DNA of 64,000 bases from Chloropicon primus (taxonomy: Eukaryota), in assembly GCA_023205875.1 (NCBI GenBank), contig CP060769.1:496001-560000 (forward strand), in the 5' to 3' direction. Below are positions 10,112 to 20,229 of this stretch, piece after piece. Both the position numbers and the translations under genes were made by a program. The notes beneath the pieces are model-generated. The model was not told the origin of the DNA, ran no database searches, and saw nothing but the letters and a program-made list of their open reading frames with translations. Every line of letters begins with the position of its first letter. The stretch's first letter is position 1.

Positions 10112-11431
10112 TTACACGTTTGAAGCCTCAGCGAAATTACAGTTCCTTGGAGGCACCTTGACACAAAACACCTCGGCCCAGTTCGCCAGGCACCCTCGGT
10201 TGTAAGGGTTCGTGTAGTTCCTGTCGTACGAGTGCCTTATGTTCTCGTACGTTGTCTGGTTCTTGGAAAGTAAATAAATGTGGAAGAAACTCAGACCACC
10301 CACGAACCAGACCCCGATGAACACGTAGATCATGATGAAGAGAGCCCCAGCTTCCTTTCTCAACGCCTCCTGCACGGTGGTGTCCGGCTCGTCGACTCTC
10401 ATCTGTATCAAGAACGCCGAGCACGTGAAGGTATAGATGCAAACAAGGGTGGAGCTGAACACGAATATGAGGTAAAACCTGTAGTTCCTCTTCCCAATCG
10501 TCGTCCCGACCCAAGGACAGTAGTGATCAAACCTCTCGATGCAATCGTTCAAGACCGAGCAGTGGTGCGCACGCGGAGGTTGGTAAAAGTTGCACGTCTC
10601 GTTGTACCTCACGAGCACCATGTGACCGTTCACCTCCACGTTCCTAGTCCTCGAGATGTGATCCGTGTTCCCCACAGGAGCAGGAGCACGAGGTATGATC
10701 CCTGGATCCATACACCCCGAGCAAAACAGCGAACTCATCGAGACGCACGGCAAAAGGAAGCTGATCACCAACAACACCGTCCCTCCCGCATTCCCCTTGA
10801 GCTCCTTATAAAGGGGAAACGCGACGAATGCCACGAACACGGTACAAGGGATGAGTATGAGAAGAAACGTTCCCAATATTCCCCAATAGTACGGCCCGGT
10901 CACGCACCTCCCGCCGCAAAAGAACGTTTCATTCCCTGGCCAAGACTCGTACCGCTTCTCCTTCCTCTTGTCCTCTTGCCCTTGTGTTGTTCCTGATCCC
11001 TCCACCGGTGGACAAGAAACACGAGACGCCAATGTCTTTTCCTCCTCCTCTTGTCTCGTTCTCGTTCCCTCCTCTGTCTCCTCCCTCGGTCCCGGCCGCG
11101 GCGGCATCATCTCCACCTCCGCCCCCCCTCCTCCCCTTCCCTGGCCTCTGCCATTCCCCTTCCCGTGCCCCTCATCCTCCTCGCTCGTGGTCGCCGTCTT
11201 CGTTCCGTTCCGCTTCTCACTCGCCCCTCCTCCTCGTCCTCGTCCTCCTCCTCCTCCTCCTTCGTCGTCGTCATGGTCGTCATGGCGATTGCGATTGCGT
11301 TGTTGTTGTTGTTGGTTGTTGTTGTTGTCGTTCATGAGTGGTTCCTGGACCTCCACGGGTATGGGTTTCATCTCGTGGTGTTCCTCCTGGTCGTCCACCT
11401 CCACCTCCACGGTCCTGTTGCCTTGTGCCAT
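10112..11431 (-). CDS. DHHC-family protein S-acyltransferase (DHYC variant)
   Basis: ATG 11431 (MAQGNRT). Motifs YESWPGNETFFCGGR, DPGIIPR, PPRAHHCS, RFDHYCPWVG, NQTTYEN, NPYNRG; four TM helices. Confidence 0.9.
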   Translation of the reverse strand: MAQGNRTVEVEVDDQEEHHEMKPIPVEVQEPLMNDNNNNQQQQQRNRNRHDDHDDDEGGGGGGRGRGGGASEKRNGTKTATTSEEDEGHGKGNGRGQGRGGGGAEVEMMPPRPGPREETEEGTRTRQEEEEKTLASRVSCPPVEGSGTTQGQEDKRKEKRYESWPGNETFFCGGRCVTGPYYWGILGTFLLILIPCTVFVAFVAFPLYKELKGNAGGTVLLVISFLLPCVSMSSLFCSGCMDPGIIPRAPAPVGNTDHISRTRNVEVNGHMVLVRYNETCNFYQPPRAHHCSVLNDCIERFDHYCPWVGTTIGKRNYRFYLIFVFSSTLVCIYTFTCSAFLIQMRVDEPDTTVQEALRKEAGALFIMIYVFIGVWFVGGLSFFHIYLLSKNQTTYENIRHSYDRNYTNPYNRGCLANWAEVFCVKVPPRNCNFAEASNV

Positions 11432-11534
11432 CGATGGATCGCTCACGGGTGTGCGCGATGCTCCTGGCCGAAAGCGGCGTGCCGTGCGTTCAAACCCAAC
11501 CCAGCAAACCAGGAGCGAACGGAGTGGGGCGGCA

Positions 11535-12065
11535 CAACACACACGCAGGGGGACGAGGACGACGAGGAGGAGGAGGGCGAGGAGGAGGGGAGCGATACAC
11601 AAACACACACACACACACAGGAGGACGAGGACGAGGAGGAGGAGGGCGAGGAGGAGGGGAGCGATACACAAACACACACACACACAGGAGGACGAGGACG
11701 AGGAGGAGGAGGAGGGCGAGGAGGAGGGGAGCGATACACAAACACACACACACACACAGGAGGACGAGGACGAGGAGGAGGAGGAGGGCGAGGAGGAGGG
11801 GAGCGATACACAAACACACACACACACACAGGAGGACGAGGAGGACGAGGAGGAGGAGGGCGAGGAGGAGGGGAGCGATACACAAACACACACACACACA
11901 CACACACAGGAGGACGAGGAGGACGAGGAGGAGGAGGGCGAGGAGGAGGGGAGCGATACACAAACACACACACACACAGGAGGACGAGGAGGACGAGGAG
12001 GGGCATACACACACACAGGAGGACGAGGAGGACGAGGAGGGGCATACACACACACAGGAGGGAGG
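11535..12065. repeat. Composite minisatellite of ~70-bp units [(GAG)n-GGCGAGGAGGAGGGGAGCGATACACAAA-(CA)n]; 6 full and 2 short units
   Basis: GCGATACACAAAC anchors at about 11592, 11661, 11731, 11803, 11875 and 11953, followed by two ~39-bp variants. Confidence 0.9.
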
Positions 12066-12331
12066 GAGGGAGGAAGACCTCTGGGAGTAGGGGGTAGGGG
12101 TCGGTGTGACACACACGACGCTCTCTGTGCACATACAGACAAGACAAGACCAAAGGTGACAACGGAGGGGAAGAAGCGTTTGGCTTTCGCTTTGAGCTGC
12201 TTGGTCTGTGGAGGGAGGAGGGAGAAGGGTGCGCGAAGGAGGAACAAGCAGCAGGAACACCAGGAGCAGACATGGTTTGGTTGGGGGACCACCAGGACGT
12301 GGAAGGAGGAGCGAGCGTGTCGGGCCAAGGG

Positions 12332-13639
12332 ATGGGGACCACGAGGGTGAGGAGGCTGGCGGATGCTGTGGTGGGGACCGATGGATCGGGATGGTTGGGT
12401 GGCGTCTTGGGGGCAAACGGGACGACTGTGGGGGGAGGATCCGGTTTGCTTCAGGGAGACGCGCCCTTCCCGGACAACGGGAACGTGGTGACCCCGACCT
12501 GCGTCTCGTTCGTGGATCCTCAGGGCACTGTCGGCGCAAAAGTATTGTTTAACCTCGCGTACGGGCTGCCCACCTTGGCCTTCCTTGTGTTCCTCACCAT
12601 GAGGCTCAAGCCTGCGCTGAGGAGACTCCAGCGGTCACAGTCGCAAATCATGAGAACGTGGGTATAGCCGTCGTTTCTGAGGGCGTGTGCAGTTGTTTGG
12701 GATCGCTCGATTCGATGATTGAGGACCAAGGCGATGCCGAGCCAAGGAAACTGACACAAGCGACCATTGATCTCTGTCTCTCTGCCTTCTTCCTCCGCTT
12801 TGCAGGTACTACTCGTTTTTGTGGGTCGTTTGCGGCCTCAACTTGTTTCGGTGCATCTTTCAGATCGCAGAGTCCACCAACGGTAGCACAGAGAGGGACA
12901 TCAAGTCGTGGAGCTTTGTCTGGCTGGTTACTACGGCTGGAATGACCGTAATGGAGGTGTCCGTGGTGACCTTCTTGTCACAAGGATACATCGCCACAGG
13001 CAAGGAGGCCCTCATACGAACGCTGGGCATATCGGGTGCTGTGGCCTTTTTGGACTCCATCGTCAAGGTGCGTTCCCTTTGAACAGCCCCCATTCGCGCG
13101 ACGACGCCACAACACGCTTGCTGACACGCCACCCGCACGTCCTCCTGCTGCCATTGTCTCAGATGATTTTGATCTTTGGATGCGGCACTTCCTTGTTCAT
13201 CGTCAAGGAGCCCAACGGGGATGACAGCACGTCCGACCCCTTGGGCTGGCTGCAATTGGACATGTCATGGGTCAAGTGGGGTTTCTGGACCGCTCACCAC
13301 ATTCTTTACTGCATGGTGTACGGCTTCATCCTGGTTCTGCCGCACACAGCGCTCAGGGACTACCTGCCGGCTCGGCCGTCGTTCTACAGGTACGTTGCCC
13401 TTCTTTGCGCCAACAATTTCGGGCTCGTGGTGGGAAGCATGATGATCGGGTCCAAGGATGTCTCGGGGTACTGTGTCTATGGGGTATTCGCTTACCTCTA
13501 CAGCGTGTGCTACCCGCCTCTGCTGTACATGACGTTTCTGAGCGAGTTCTTCGTGGACGACGATCTGGAGCTGGAGCACCAGTACTACTCTGAGATGAGA
13601 GAAGCTGGCTATTTCGATGACATCGACTTCCAGCAGTGA
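12332..13639 (+). CDS. Cand2/PMTR1/TPRA1-like 7TM protein, 3 exons; introns 12658-12805 and 13068-13162
   Basis: Spliced product reads QSQIMRT|YYSFLWVVCGLN...MEVSVVTFLSQG...LPARPSFYRY...YPPLLYMTFLSEFF...YYSEMREAG, matching the plant Cand2 pattern. Confidence 0.8.
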
Positions 13640-13817
13640 AGAAACCAAGGAGGGGGGGGCACCGCCTGCCCTTTGCCTCGCTTGTAAAGAAGTTTGTACA
13701 GTAAGTATAGCTCTTTTTTTAATATATTGATACTTTTATCTGCAGACCCCAGCGACCTCGAAAGAGATAGTGATGGTGCCAACCCAATGCGATGCCATGC
13801 CACACGTGCGACCTGCC

Positions 13818-14042
13818 TCAACTCTTCTCCTTGTCCTTCCTAATCTTTTCCCAAAGCTCCTCGTTGGAGGGCGGCCTGGGACCCTCCGGTGGGTACACAA
13901 CATAAGTCCTGTTCTTGATCACCTTGTTGAGCATGTCTGGGTTGTACGCCACCATCACAGTGAGGCAGACAGGAACAGCGAGATACAAACCAAACTTGAA
14001 CGCTTCCAGTGCAGCACCTCCATTCCTCAAGGACCGATTCAT
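13818..14042 (-). CDS. PET100: PET100-like cytochrome c oxidase assembly factor
   Basis: Small single-TM protein with LEAFKFGLYLAVPV...YVVYPPEGPRPPS. Confidence 0.75.
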   Translation of the reverse strand: MNRSLRNGGAALEAFKFGLYLAVPVCLTVMVAYNPDMLNKVIKNRTYVVYPPEGPRPPSNEELWEKIRKDKEKS

Positions 14043-14569
14043 CTCCCAAACCTCCTGCCCATCATCATCATCATCATCATCATGCAACGTGCATCACCAT
14101 GGAAGAGTCAGTTCAGGTCAAGCCAGCGTCACGAGAGTCGTCAGTGGGGTCTCCGGAAAGAGCGGAGGGGGGGGGGGGTCATTTCATTGCTTTCCCTGTG
14201 AACTCTTCCTCCTCTCCCTCACCTCGCTCTCCTCTCGTGTTGTCCTTACCCCTGTCCCTGTCCACTCACCTCTACCTCTTCTCACGCGCTACTCCTCTTC
14301 TCCTCTGTCGAAACGAAACAGATAACGTTGCAGGTGGCTGGACGAGGTGAGTGAGGGAGGCGAGGGCGAGGGCGAAAGGAGGGGCGAGAGCGACCGGGAG
14401 GGAGGGAGTTTGGGTCTCGGGGTGGAGGACCTTCTCGCGCTCTTTCTGGAGACCTCTCTCTTGACTCCGTTGACGTTGTGATGAGGATGGAACGGACTGA
14501 CTCCTCTGTTTCATTCCCAGTGGCTTGGCGTGAGTGGAGGAGAGAAGGGAAGAGGGACGAGAGGGAGGG

Positions 14570-15469
14570 ATGAAGGAAGCGAGAGGGCTTGGTGGTTTGG
14601 TGGCGGGGGCAGCGACGAGGATGGTGCCGATGACACGCGGGAGGTGTCGGCCGAGGCCGAGGAGGCTGCGTGCTGCTGGTGGGGAGAGTGGAGGAGGACC
14701 AAACCCGGGCAGTGAGGAGGAGGCCAAGCTGAAGGCCGAGTACGAGGAGAAGATGAAGGATCCCGCGGTGAAGGCTCAGATGGAGGGCATGCAGAAGATG
14801 ATGCAGAACCCGGAGATCCAAAAGCAGATGCAGGAACAGATGAAGCAGTTCGAGTCGCCGGAGTTCAAGAGCAAGATAGAGAAGTTGAAGGACGACCCTG
14901 AGCTCAAAGAGATGTTTGAGGAGATGAAAACTGGCGGCATGGGCGCTCTCATGAAGTTTTGGAACGACCCGAAGATGCTCCAGAAGTTTTCTGAGAAGAT
15001 GGGGGCCAGTGGACCCCGCCCCCCGACCGCCGGAGCGCAGAGTCCTGCCCAGGCGGAGATGCCCGCGGCAGATAACCTCCTTGACGCGGCCAAGTATGGG
15101 GACCTGGAGGCAACCGAGGACTACATCGCGATCGGCCGGGACGTGAACGAGGGAGATGGCGAGTCACGCACTCCCCTTCACTTTGCCTCCGGCGCAGGAC
15201 ACGTCGAAATCTGCAAGCTTCTCCTCGAGGAGGGCGCCAACGTTGACGCCACGGACTCCAAGCAGAACACGCCTTTGCACTACGCCGCAGGATACGGCCG
15301 GGCTGAAATCGTCGCGCTCCTGGTGGAGAGCGGCAGCAAGGTTGGCCTGCAGAACGGAAACGGGAAGAAGGCCAGCGACCTGGCAAAGCTGAACCCAGAT
15401 AACCCCATACTGAAGGACGAGGAACTCCTGGCTTCCCTTACCCCGTCGTCGCCCTTCGTGGACCAGTGA
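14570..15469 (+). CDS. AKR2-like STI1 + ankyrin-repeat protein
   Basis: Met-rich DP/NP (STI1) repeats, then RTPLHFASG...NTPLHYAAGYGR...LAKLN, as in the AKR2A C-terminus. Confidence 0.8.
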   Translation: MKEARGLGGLVAGAATRMVPMTRGRCRPRPRRLRAAGGESGGGPNPGSEEEAKLKAEYEEKMKDPAVKAQMEGMQKMMQNPEIQKQMQEQMKQFESPEFKSKIEKLKDDPELKEMFEEMKTGGMGALMKFWNDPKMLQKFSEKMGASGPRPPTAGAQSPAQAEMPAADNLLDAAKYGDLEATEDYIAIGRDVNEGDGESRTPLHFASGAGHVEICKLLLEEGANVDATDSKQNTPLHYAAGYGRAEIVALLVESGSKVGLQNGNGKKASDLAKLNPDNPILKDEELLASLTPSSPFVDQ

Positions 15470-15510
15470 GGAGGAGGAGCCGGGGAGCAGGGAAAGGGTT
15501 TTTGCCTTTT

Positions 15511-15515
15511 TGTAA
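15511..15515 (+). promoter_or_regulatory. Chlorophyte-type TGTAA polyadenylation signal (representative site)
   Basis: TGTAA lies shortly after plus-strand stop codons at 4894, 9947, 13683, 15511, 20027, 24619 and 62984. Confidence 0.6.
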
Positions 15516-15671
15516 TATATAAATATATGAAAAATCCAAAACTGATGTCCTGCTGCGGTTGCGGTCCGCGACCCAGCTTTAGGAGAAAATAGCTTAGTCG
15601 AGTCTTGTTCGTCGTCGAATCAATGAATGATGAATGCGTAGCAGAAGAGAGTCAGGAGTGCCGTGACGCCC

Positions 15672-17057
15672 TTAAGAGTAGTATTCGTTCAGCTTGATGT
15701 CAGTGAATTCACCAAAGTTGATTCCTGGCGTGAATCCCTTGGTTTCCACCTCCCCTGTTCCTGACTTATCCTCCGCCGCCTCGAGCACGAGATCCCACTT
15801 TGGCTGCATGAAGACCGCAAAGGTGTTTCTGGCAACCCCAAGGGCGGCCTCTCCCTCCGCGCCCACAACGCAGTGGGGCGTTGCCTTGAGAACACCGTTG
15901 GACATCACTTCACTCGATTCCCCGACCTGATACGCGATGCAGTCCTTGGTGTAGGTCACCCTCACGGTCTCCCCCTTCCTCGACTTCACGTACAAGCCGC
16001 ACTTTTGGGGGTCGGGGTTGTCCACCTGGTTGCCCTTGCAGTCCGTGAACATGGCGCTGGTGAGGCCCGTCAGGGAGCCGTGGTCGAGGTGCCAGCCGCA
16101 CCAGTCGCCCATCTTCTCGTCGCTGGTCTCGGTCTTGACCTCGGACGGCGGGAAGTAGTGCAAGAGCCTGGCCTTGCAAGCAAAAGAGTCCCCGATAGCT
16201 CCCTCGATGCTGCTCAGGCCCAAGTCCGCGTCCTTGGCGAGCCCGAGCTCCTTCCTCGTGAGCTCGTCGCAGGCCGTAGCGAGAAGCTTGCCGTGCTTCA
16301 CAATGAGAGCTCCCATGTTCATCAACGCGGGCTTGAGCTCCGGGATGGAGTCGTGCGGCCACACGTTTGGGCGCGTGTAGGAGGGGTACTTCTCGAGCTC
16401 CTCCTCCGTCACCTCGTGCGCATCGTGGATCGGGTTGGCGTAGAAGGAACCCTTGAAAGTGTCCGGGACGCCGCCCTCCAGGGTCTCCTTGCCGTGGGAC
16501 CACCCAATAGAGTAAGAGCTGGCCTCGTCCTCCAAGTCGCCCAACTGCTGCTTCGGGAGATCGGCCAAGGTATCCGCCAAAGGAAGCAGAGCCTCCCTCG
16601 CCTCCGCAAGACCCTCCACGCCCCTCACCGCGATGATTCCCAGGCCGTCCCTTCCCAGGGACTCCCTGATCTTCTCCAACGTCTTGGCGTTCCTCTCGGC
16701 CTGTTCCCCGCTCGCGTCCTCGCAACAGAGCGCCTCCAAGTCTCCCACCTCAATCACCTGCGCCTTCACCGTCGGGAACATCGTCGAGGACACCCCGCTG
16801 CTTGACGAAGACGAAGACGAAGACGAAGAGGAGGAGGAGGAGATCCCCATCCCCAAACACCTCACGCCTTCCTCTCTCTTGCTCTTCAGCACAGACAGAC
16901 TCCTTCTTGGTTGCAGGGCAAGCGGAACAGGAACAGGAACAGGAACAGGAACGGGAACGCGTCCTCGTCGCGCGACGTTCGATCGCACGTTACGACAGTG
17001 GTAACCGCCGAGAGTCGCTCCCGCGCCGCCAAGTTTCGTGACGCACCGTCCCTCCAT
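15672..17057 (-). CDS. 2-oxoglutarate/Fe(II) oxygenase-like protein with transit peptide
   Basis: GWSHGKE, KGSFYANP, RLLHYFP, WCGWHLDHGSLTGL (HxD) and ATPHCV motifs. Confidence 0.85.
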   Translation of the reverse strand: MEGRCVTKLGGAGATLGGYHCRNVRSNVARRGRVPVPVPVPVPVPLALQPRRSLSVLKSKREEGVRCLGMGISSSSSSSSSSSSSSSGVSSTMFPTVKAQVIEVGDLEALCCEDASGEQAERNAKTLEKIRESLGRDGLGIIAVRGVEGLAEAREALLPLADTLADLPKQQLGDLEDEASSYSIGWSHGKETLEGGVPDTFKGSFYANPIHDAHEVTEEELEKYPSYTRPNVWPHDSIPELKPALMNMGALIVKHGKLLATACDELTRKELGLAKDADLGLSSIEGAIGDSFACKARLLHYFPPSEVKTETSDEKMGDWCGWHLDHGSLTGLTSAMFTDCKGNQVDNPDPQKCGLYVKSRKGETVRVTYTKDCIAYQVGESSEVMSNGVLKATPHCVVGAEGEAALGVARNTFAVFMQPKWDLVLEAAEDKSGTGEVETKGFTPGINFGEFTDIKLNEYYS

Positions 17058-17714
17058 TGCCCAACGAATGCTTCGCTTCGATAGAATAGAATAGAGTGAA
17101 TGAGTCTTGCGCTTCTTACGCTTCTTTCTTTGCCGTTCCTGGACCAAATCGTACGAGCGAGAGATCCACGGAATGAATAAAAAAAAATCTACCGATCTGC
17201 TTCCACCTCGTTCGCCTCCCTTCCCTTCCCCGCGGCGCCAAACAGCTCCAAAGTTCACCCGATCGACGACGACCGCCGCTCGTCCCTCTCTTGGACTCTT
17301 TAGGTTTTGGACTTCAGATTTCAACTTTGAAAAATGAAAATCTTATCGGCTCGGCTTTCCTCGCTGGAAGCAGGTGGAAGAAGCGCTGCGTTGGAGGGAG
17401 GATACCGGGCGAGGGGAACGTGACAAGGGCGAGGGGATTGAACCATCGGAACCTTCGTGTGGAAACCTTTCCATACGTGTGCGCATTGTCCCACTTTGCT
17501 TCCTTGGGTCTCCTCTTGGGACGAGGAAGGTCCTCGCCGAGGTGTGAAGGGGCTCTCTCTCTCTCCCTTTGCCTGTCTGTTGTGAAAGCATCGCGTGGAT
17601 TGCGGAGGAGAACGCCACACGAACAGACGCTTCATCTCGCGGCCTTTCCATCGACGGGTCGGTCGAAGGGTTTGGCGCGGAGAAGGAGACGTGAACGACG
17701 AGCGAGTGGCTTGG

Positions 17715-20018
17715 ATGATGAAGGCCATGGCGTCGCGCCTGACGAGGGAGCTCCAGGTCAAGGCGCGGAGAGCGGGAGGAGCCACGAGGACGATGAGGAG
17801 GAGAGGTCACAGGAGCCAAGGCGGTGCGGTGGCGTCGATCTGCGCCGCGGCGAGTGGGAGGGAACCGCACCTTGGGGCTCTGCGGTGGTCCTCCTCGGCG
17901 GCGACGACGAGGACAACGAGGGCGCTCTGGTGCAGCGCCTGCGTGGCGGTCAGGTCGAGGCTCGGGAGATTGGACGCCGGGGGTTTGGGCAGGCGATTGG
18001 TCACGCGGGGAGCGGCGACGACGTCCGGGGGGACTGGGGCGGACGAGGCTCTGGTGGCGGAAGCTCGCGAGGAGGTCTCGAGACAGGGCCTCGTGGTGAA
18101 AGAGGCGAAGGAGAGGGCAAAGGCCTTGGGGGAGAACCCGAACTCCTACGCCAAGGACGAGATCGCCAAGCTTCTCGAGCTGAAGGCCAAGCTGGACGCT
18201 CTGACGGGGGAGGGCAAGGCCGCCGAGGAGGGGAAAGGCGGCGGAAGCGGGAAAGTGGTCAGCAAGGGCAAGAAGCAGAAGAAGAAGAAGCAAGAGGGTG
18301 ACGGTGGGACGCCAGGCAGCACTTCCTCGCTCGAGGAGCTCAGGAAGGTTCGAATCGAGAAGGCGGCTGCTCTTCGGGAGATTGCGAGGGACACCCAAAG
18401 CCCTCTCAGCAGCAGTGGGTTCATGCCCTTTGCCTACGGCTTTAGCAGGACGGACTACTGCAAGGAGCTGCAGGAGAGGCACTCCGAGCTGGGGCCTGGG
18501 GAGGAGGAGGAGAGCAGCGCCCGGGTCGCGGTGTGCGGCAGGGTTACGAACAAGCGCGTCTTTGGAAAGCTCGCATTCGTCACGATTGAGGACGTCACGG
18601 GAACGATCCAGCTGCAGGTGTCCAAGGGGAACTTGCCCTCGAAGGAAGAGCAAGGTAAGGGCGAAGCTGCGAGCTCCGGCGACCCCGTTGGCTCGCTCGC
18701 ATTCGCGGACATGAAGAAGCTTCTGGACTTAGGTGATATAGTCGGGGGTTGCGGGACGCTCAGGAAGACGGACAAGGGGGAGCTCAGTGTGAACTGCTCG
18801 AACTTTGTGGTCCTTACCAAGGCCCTTGTTCCTCTTCCCGACAAGTACCACGGCCTGAAAGACCAAGAGATGCGTTACAGGAGGAGAGAGGTGGACCTGC
18901 TTGCGAGTGGCCACATGGGCCTCGCCAGGAGGGCGCTCCTCGCCAGGGCACGGGTGATGAGGGCAATGAGAGAGCACCTCCATGACAGGAGCTACACGGA
19001 GGTGGAGACGCCGGTCTTACACAAGCAGGCAGGTGGTGCAGATGCCAGGCCCTTTATGACCCACCACAATGCCCTGGATAAGGGGCTTACCTTGAGAATA
19101 GCCACGGAACTCCACCTCAAGAGGCTTGTGGTTGGAGGTTTGGAGCGCGTGTATGAGATCGGAAAGGTCTTTAGGAACGAGGGGATTTCCACTCGGCACA
19201 ACCCCGAGTTCACCTCCATAGAGGTGTACCAGGCTTACGCGGACTACCACGATATGATGAGCCTCACCGAGGAGCTCATCCAAGAATCGGCGAGGCAGGT
19301 GCTGAGGATGGACGACATTTCAGAAGAAGAAGTCGATCAGAAGCTCGGCAGCATGGAGTACCAGGGCCAGAGGCTTAACTTGAGGGACCGCTTTCGGAGG
19401 GTTTCCATGACCGAGAGTGTCCTCGAAAAAACCGGGGTTGATCCTTTCGAGGTCTGGAGCGATTCCCATGGGGGAGAGTCTGTCGTGCAGGCCTTGAGAG
19501 ATGCAGGGAAAGTGAAGGTGACCGACTCAGATGCGGTGGAAATCCAGGCCGCCTGTGCGTCGAGCGCCGGTCACGCCCTTGGATCTCTGTTTGAGCTCTA
19601 CGTGGAGGAGGACTTGATTCAGCCCACCTTTGTGACGGACCTCCCCCTTGCCCTCAGCCCGCTTGCCAAGCCACATAGAATCCACCCGGAGAAGTACGCC
19701 GAGCGATTCGAGCTCTTTGTGTGCGGAAGAGAACTGGCGAACGCTTTCAGTGAGCTTACAGACCCTGTGGACCAACGCCAAAGGTTCGAGAGCCAGGTTG
19801 CATCCCACATGGCAAAGCGATCGGCCCTCAAGGAGATGGACTCTGAGGACTTGGAAGACTTGGACTACGAGATAGAGATTGACGAGGAATTCGTGTCCGC
19901 GCTGGAATACGGAATGCCCCCCACTGCTGGCATGGGCCTTGGCGTGGATCGATTGATCATGTTGCTCGTCGATGCCCCTTCTATCAGGGACGTCATTGGC
20001 TTCCCCCTCTTGAAGTAA
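17715..20018 (+). CDS. Class II lysyl-tRNA synthetase, organellar
   Basis: OB-fold region (KRVFGKLAF), LRIATELHLKRLVVGG, FRNEGISTRHNPEF, ELANAFSELTDP, YGMPPTAGMGLGVDRL; long Arg-rich presequence. Confidence 0.95.
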   Translation: MMKAMASRLTRELQVKARRAGGATRTMRRRGHRSQGGAVASICAAASGREPHLGALRWSSSAATTRTTRALWCSACVAVRSRLGRLDAGGLGRRLVTRGAATTSGGTGADEALVAEAREEVSRQGLVVKEAKERAKALGENPNSYAKDEIAKLLELKAKLDALTGEGKAAEEGKGGGSGKVVSKGKKQKKKKQEGDGGTPGSTSSLEELRKVRIEKAAALREIARDTQSPLSSSGFMPFAYGFSRTDYCKELQERHSELGPGEEEESSARVAVCGRVTNKRVFGKLAFVTIEDVTGTIQLQVSKGNLPSKEEQGKGEAASSGDPVGSLAFADMKKLLDLGDIVGGCGTLRKTDKGELSVNCSNFVVLTKALVPLPDKYHGLKDQEMRYRRREVDLLASGHMGLARRALLARARVMRAMREHLHDRSYTEVETPVLHKQAGGADARPFMTHHNALDKGLTLRIATELHLKRLVVGGLERVYEIGKVFRNEGISTRHNPEFTSIEVYQAYADYHDMMSLTEELIQESARQVLRMDDISEEEVDQKLGSMEYQGQRLNLRDRFRRVSMTESVLEKTGVDPFEVWSDSHGGESVVQALRDAGKVKVTDSDAVEIQAACASSAGHALGSLFELYVEEDLIQPTFVTDLPLALSPLAKPHRIHPEKYAERFELFVCGRELANAFSELTDPVDQRQRFESQVASHMAKRSALKEMDSEDLEDLDYEIEIDEEFVSALEYGMPPTAGMGLGVDRLIMLLVDAPSIRDVIGFPLLK

Positions 20019-20229
20019 TCCCCCCTTGTAACCGATATCATCATCTACCTCGCACCTCGAACTTTTTGATGTTCCAGCAAGCCAAGGCCTCCTCTTCCAG
20101 AGAGAAGGAAAAGCAGGACAGGACACAAGTGCAGGGACCTGACCTTGGAATCCAACAATCCAACCCATCCATCCCCTGCATCAGCATTGGCCTCAGTCTC
20201 CTTCCCCTTGCCCTCCAGACCTCTTCGAG

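Noticed and set aside
11535..12065. CRISPR-like array
   Set aside because: No unique spacers, units are built from microsatellites, no cas genes, eukaryotic context.
10968..12539. Several long ORFs across the minisatellite
   Set aside because: They are low-complexity translations of the repeat and of the antisense strand of the PAT gene.
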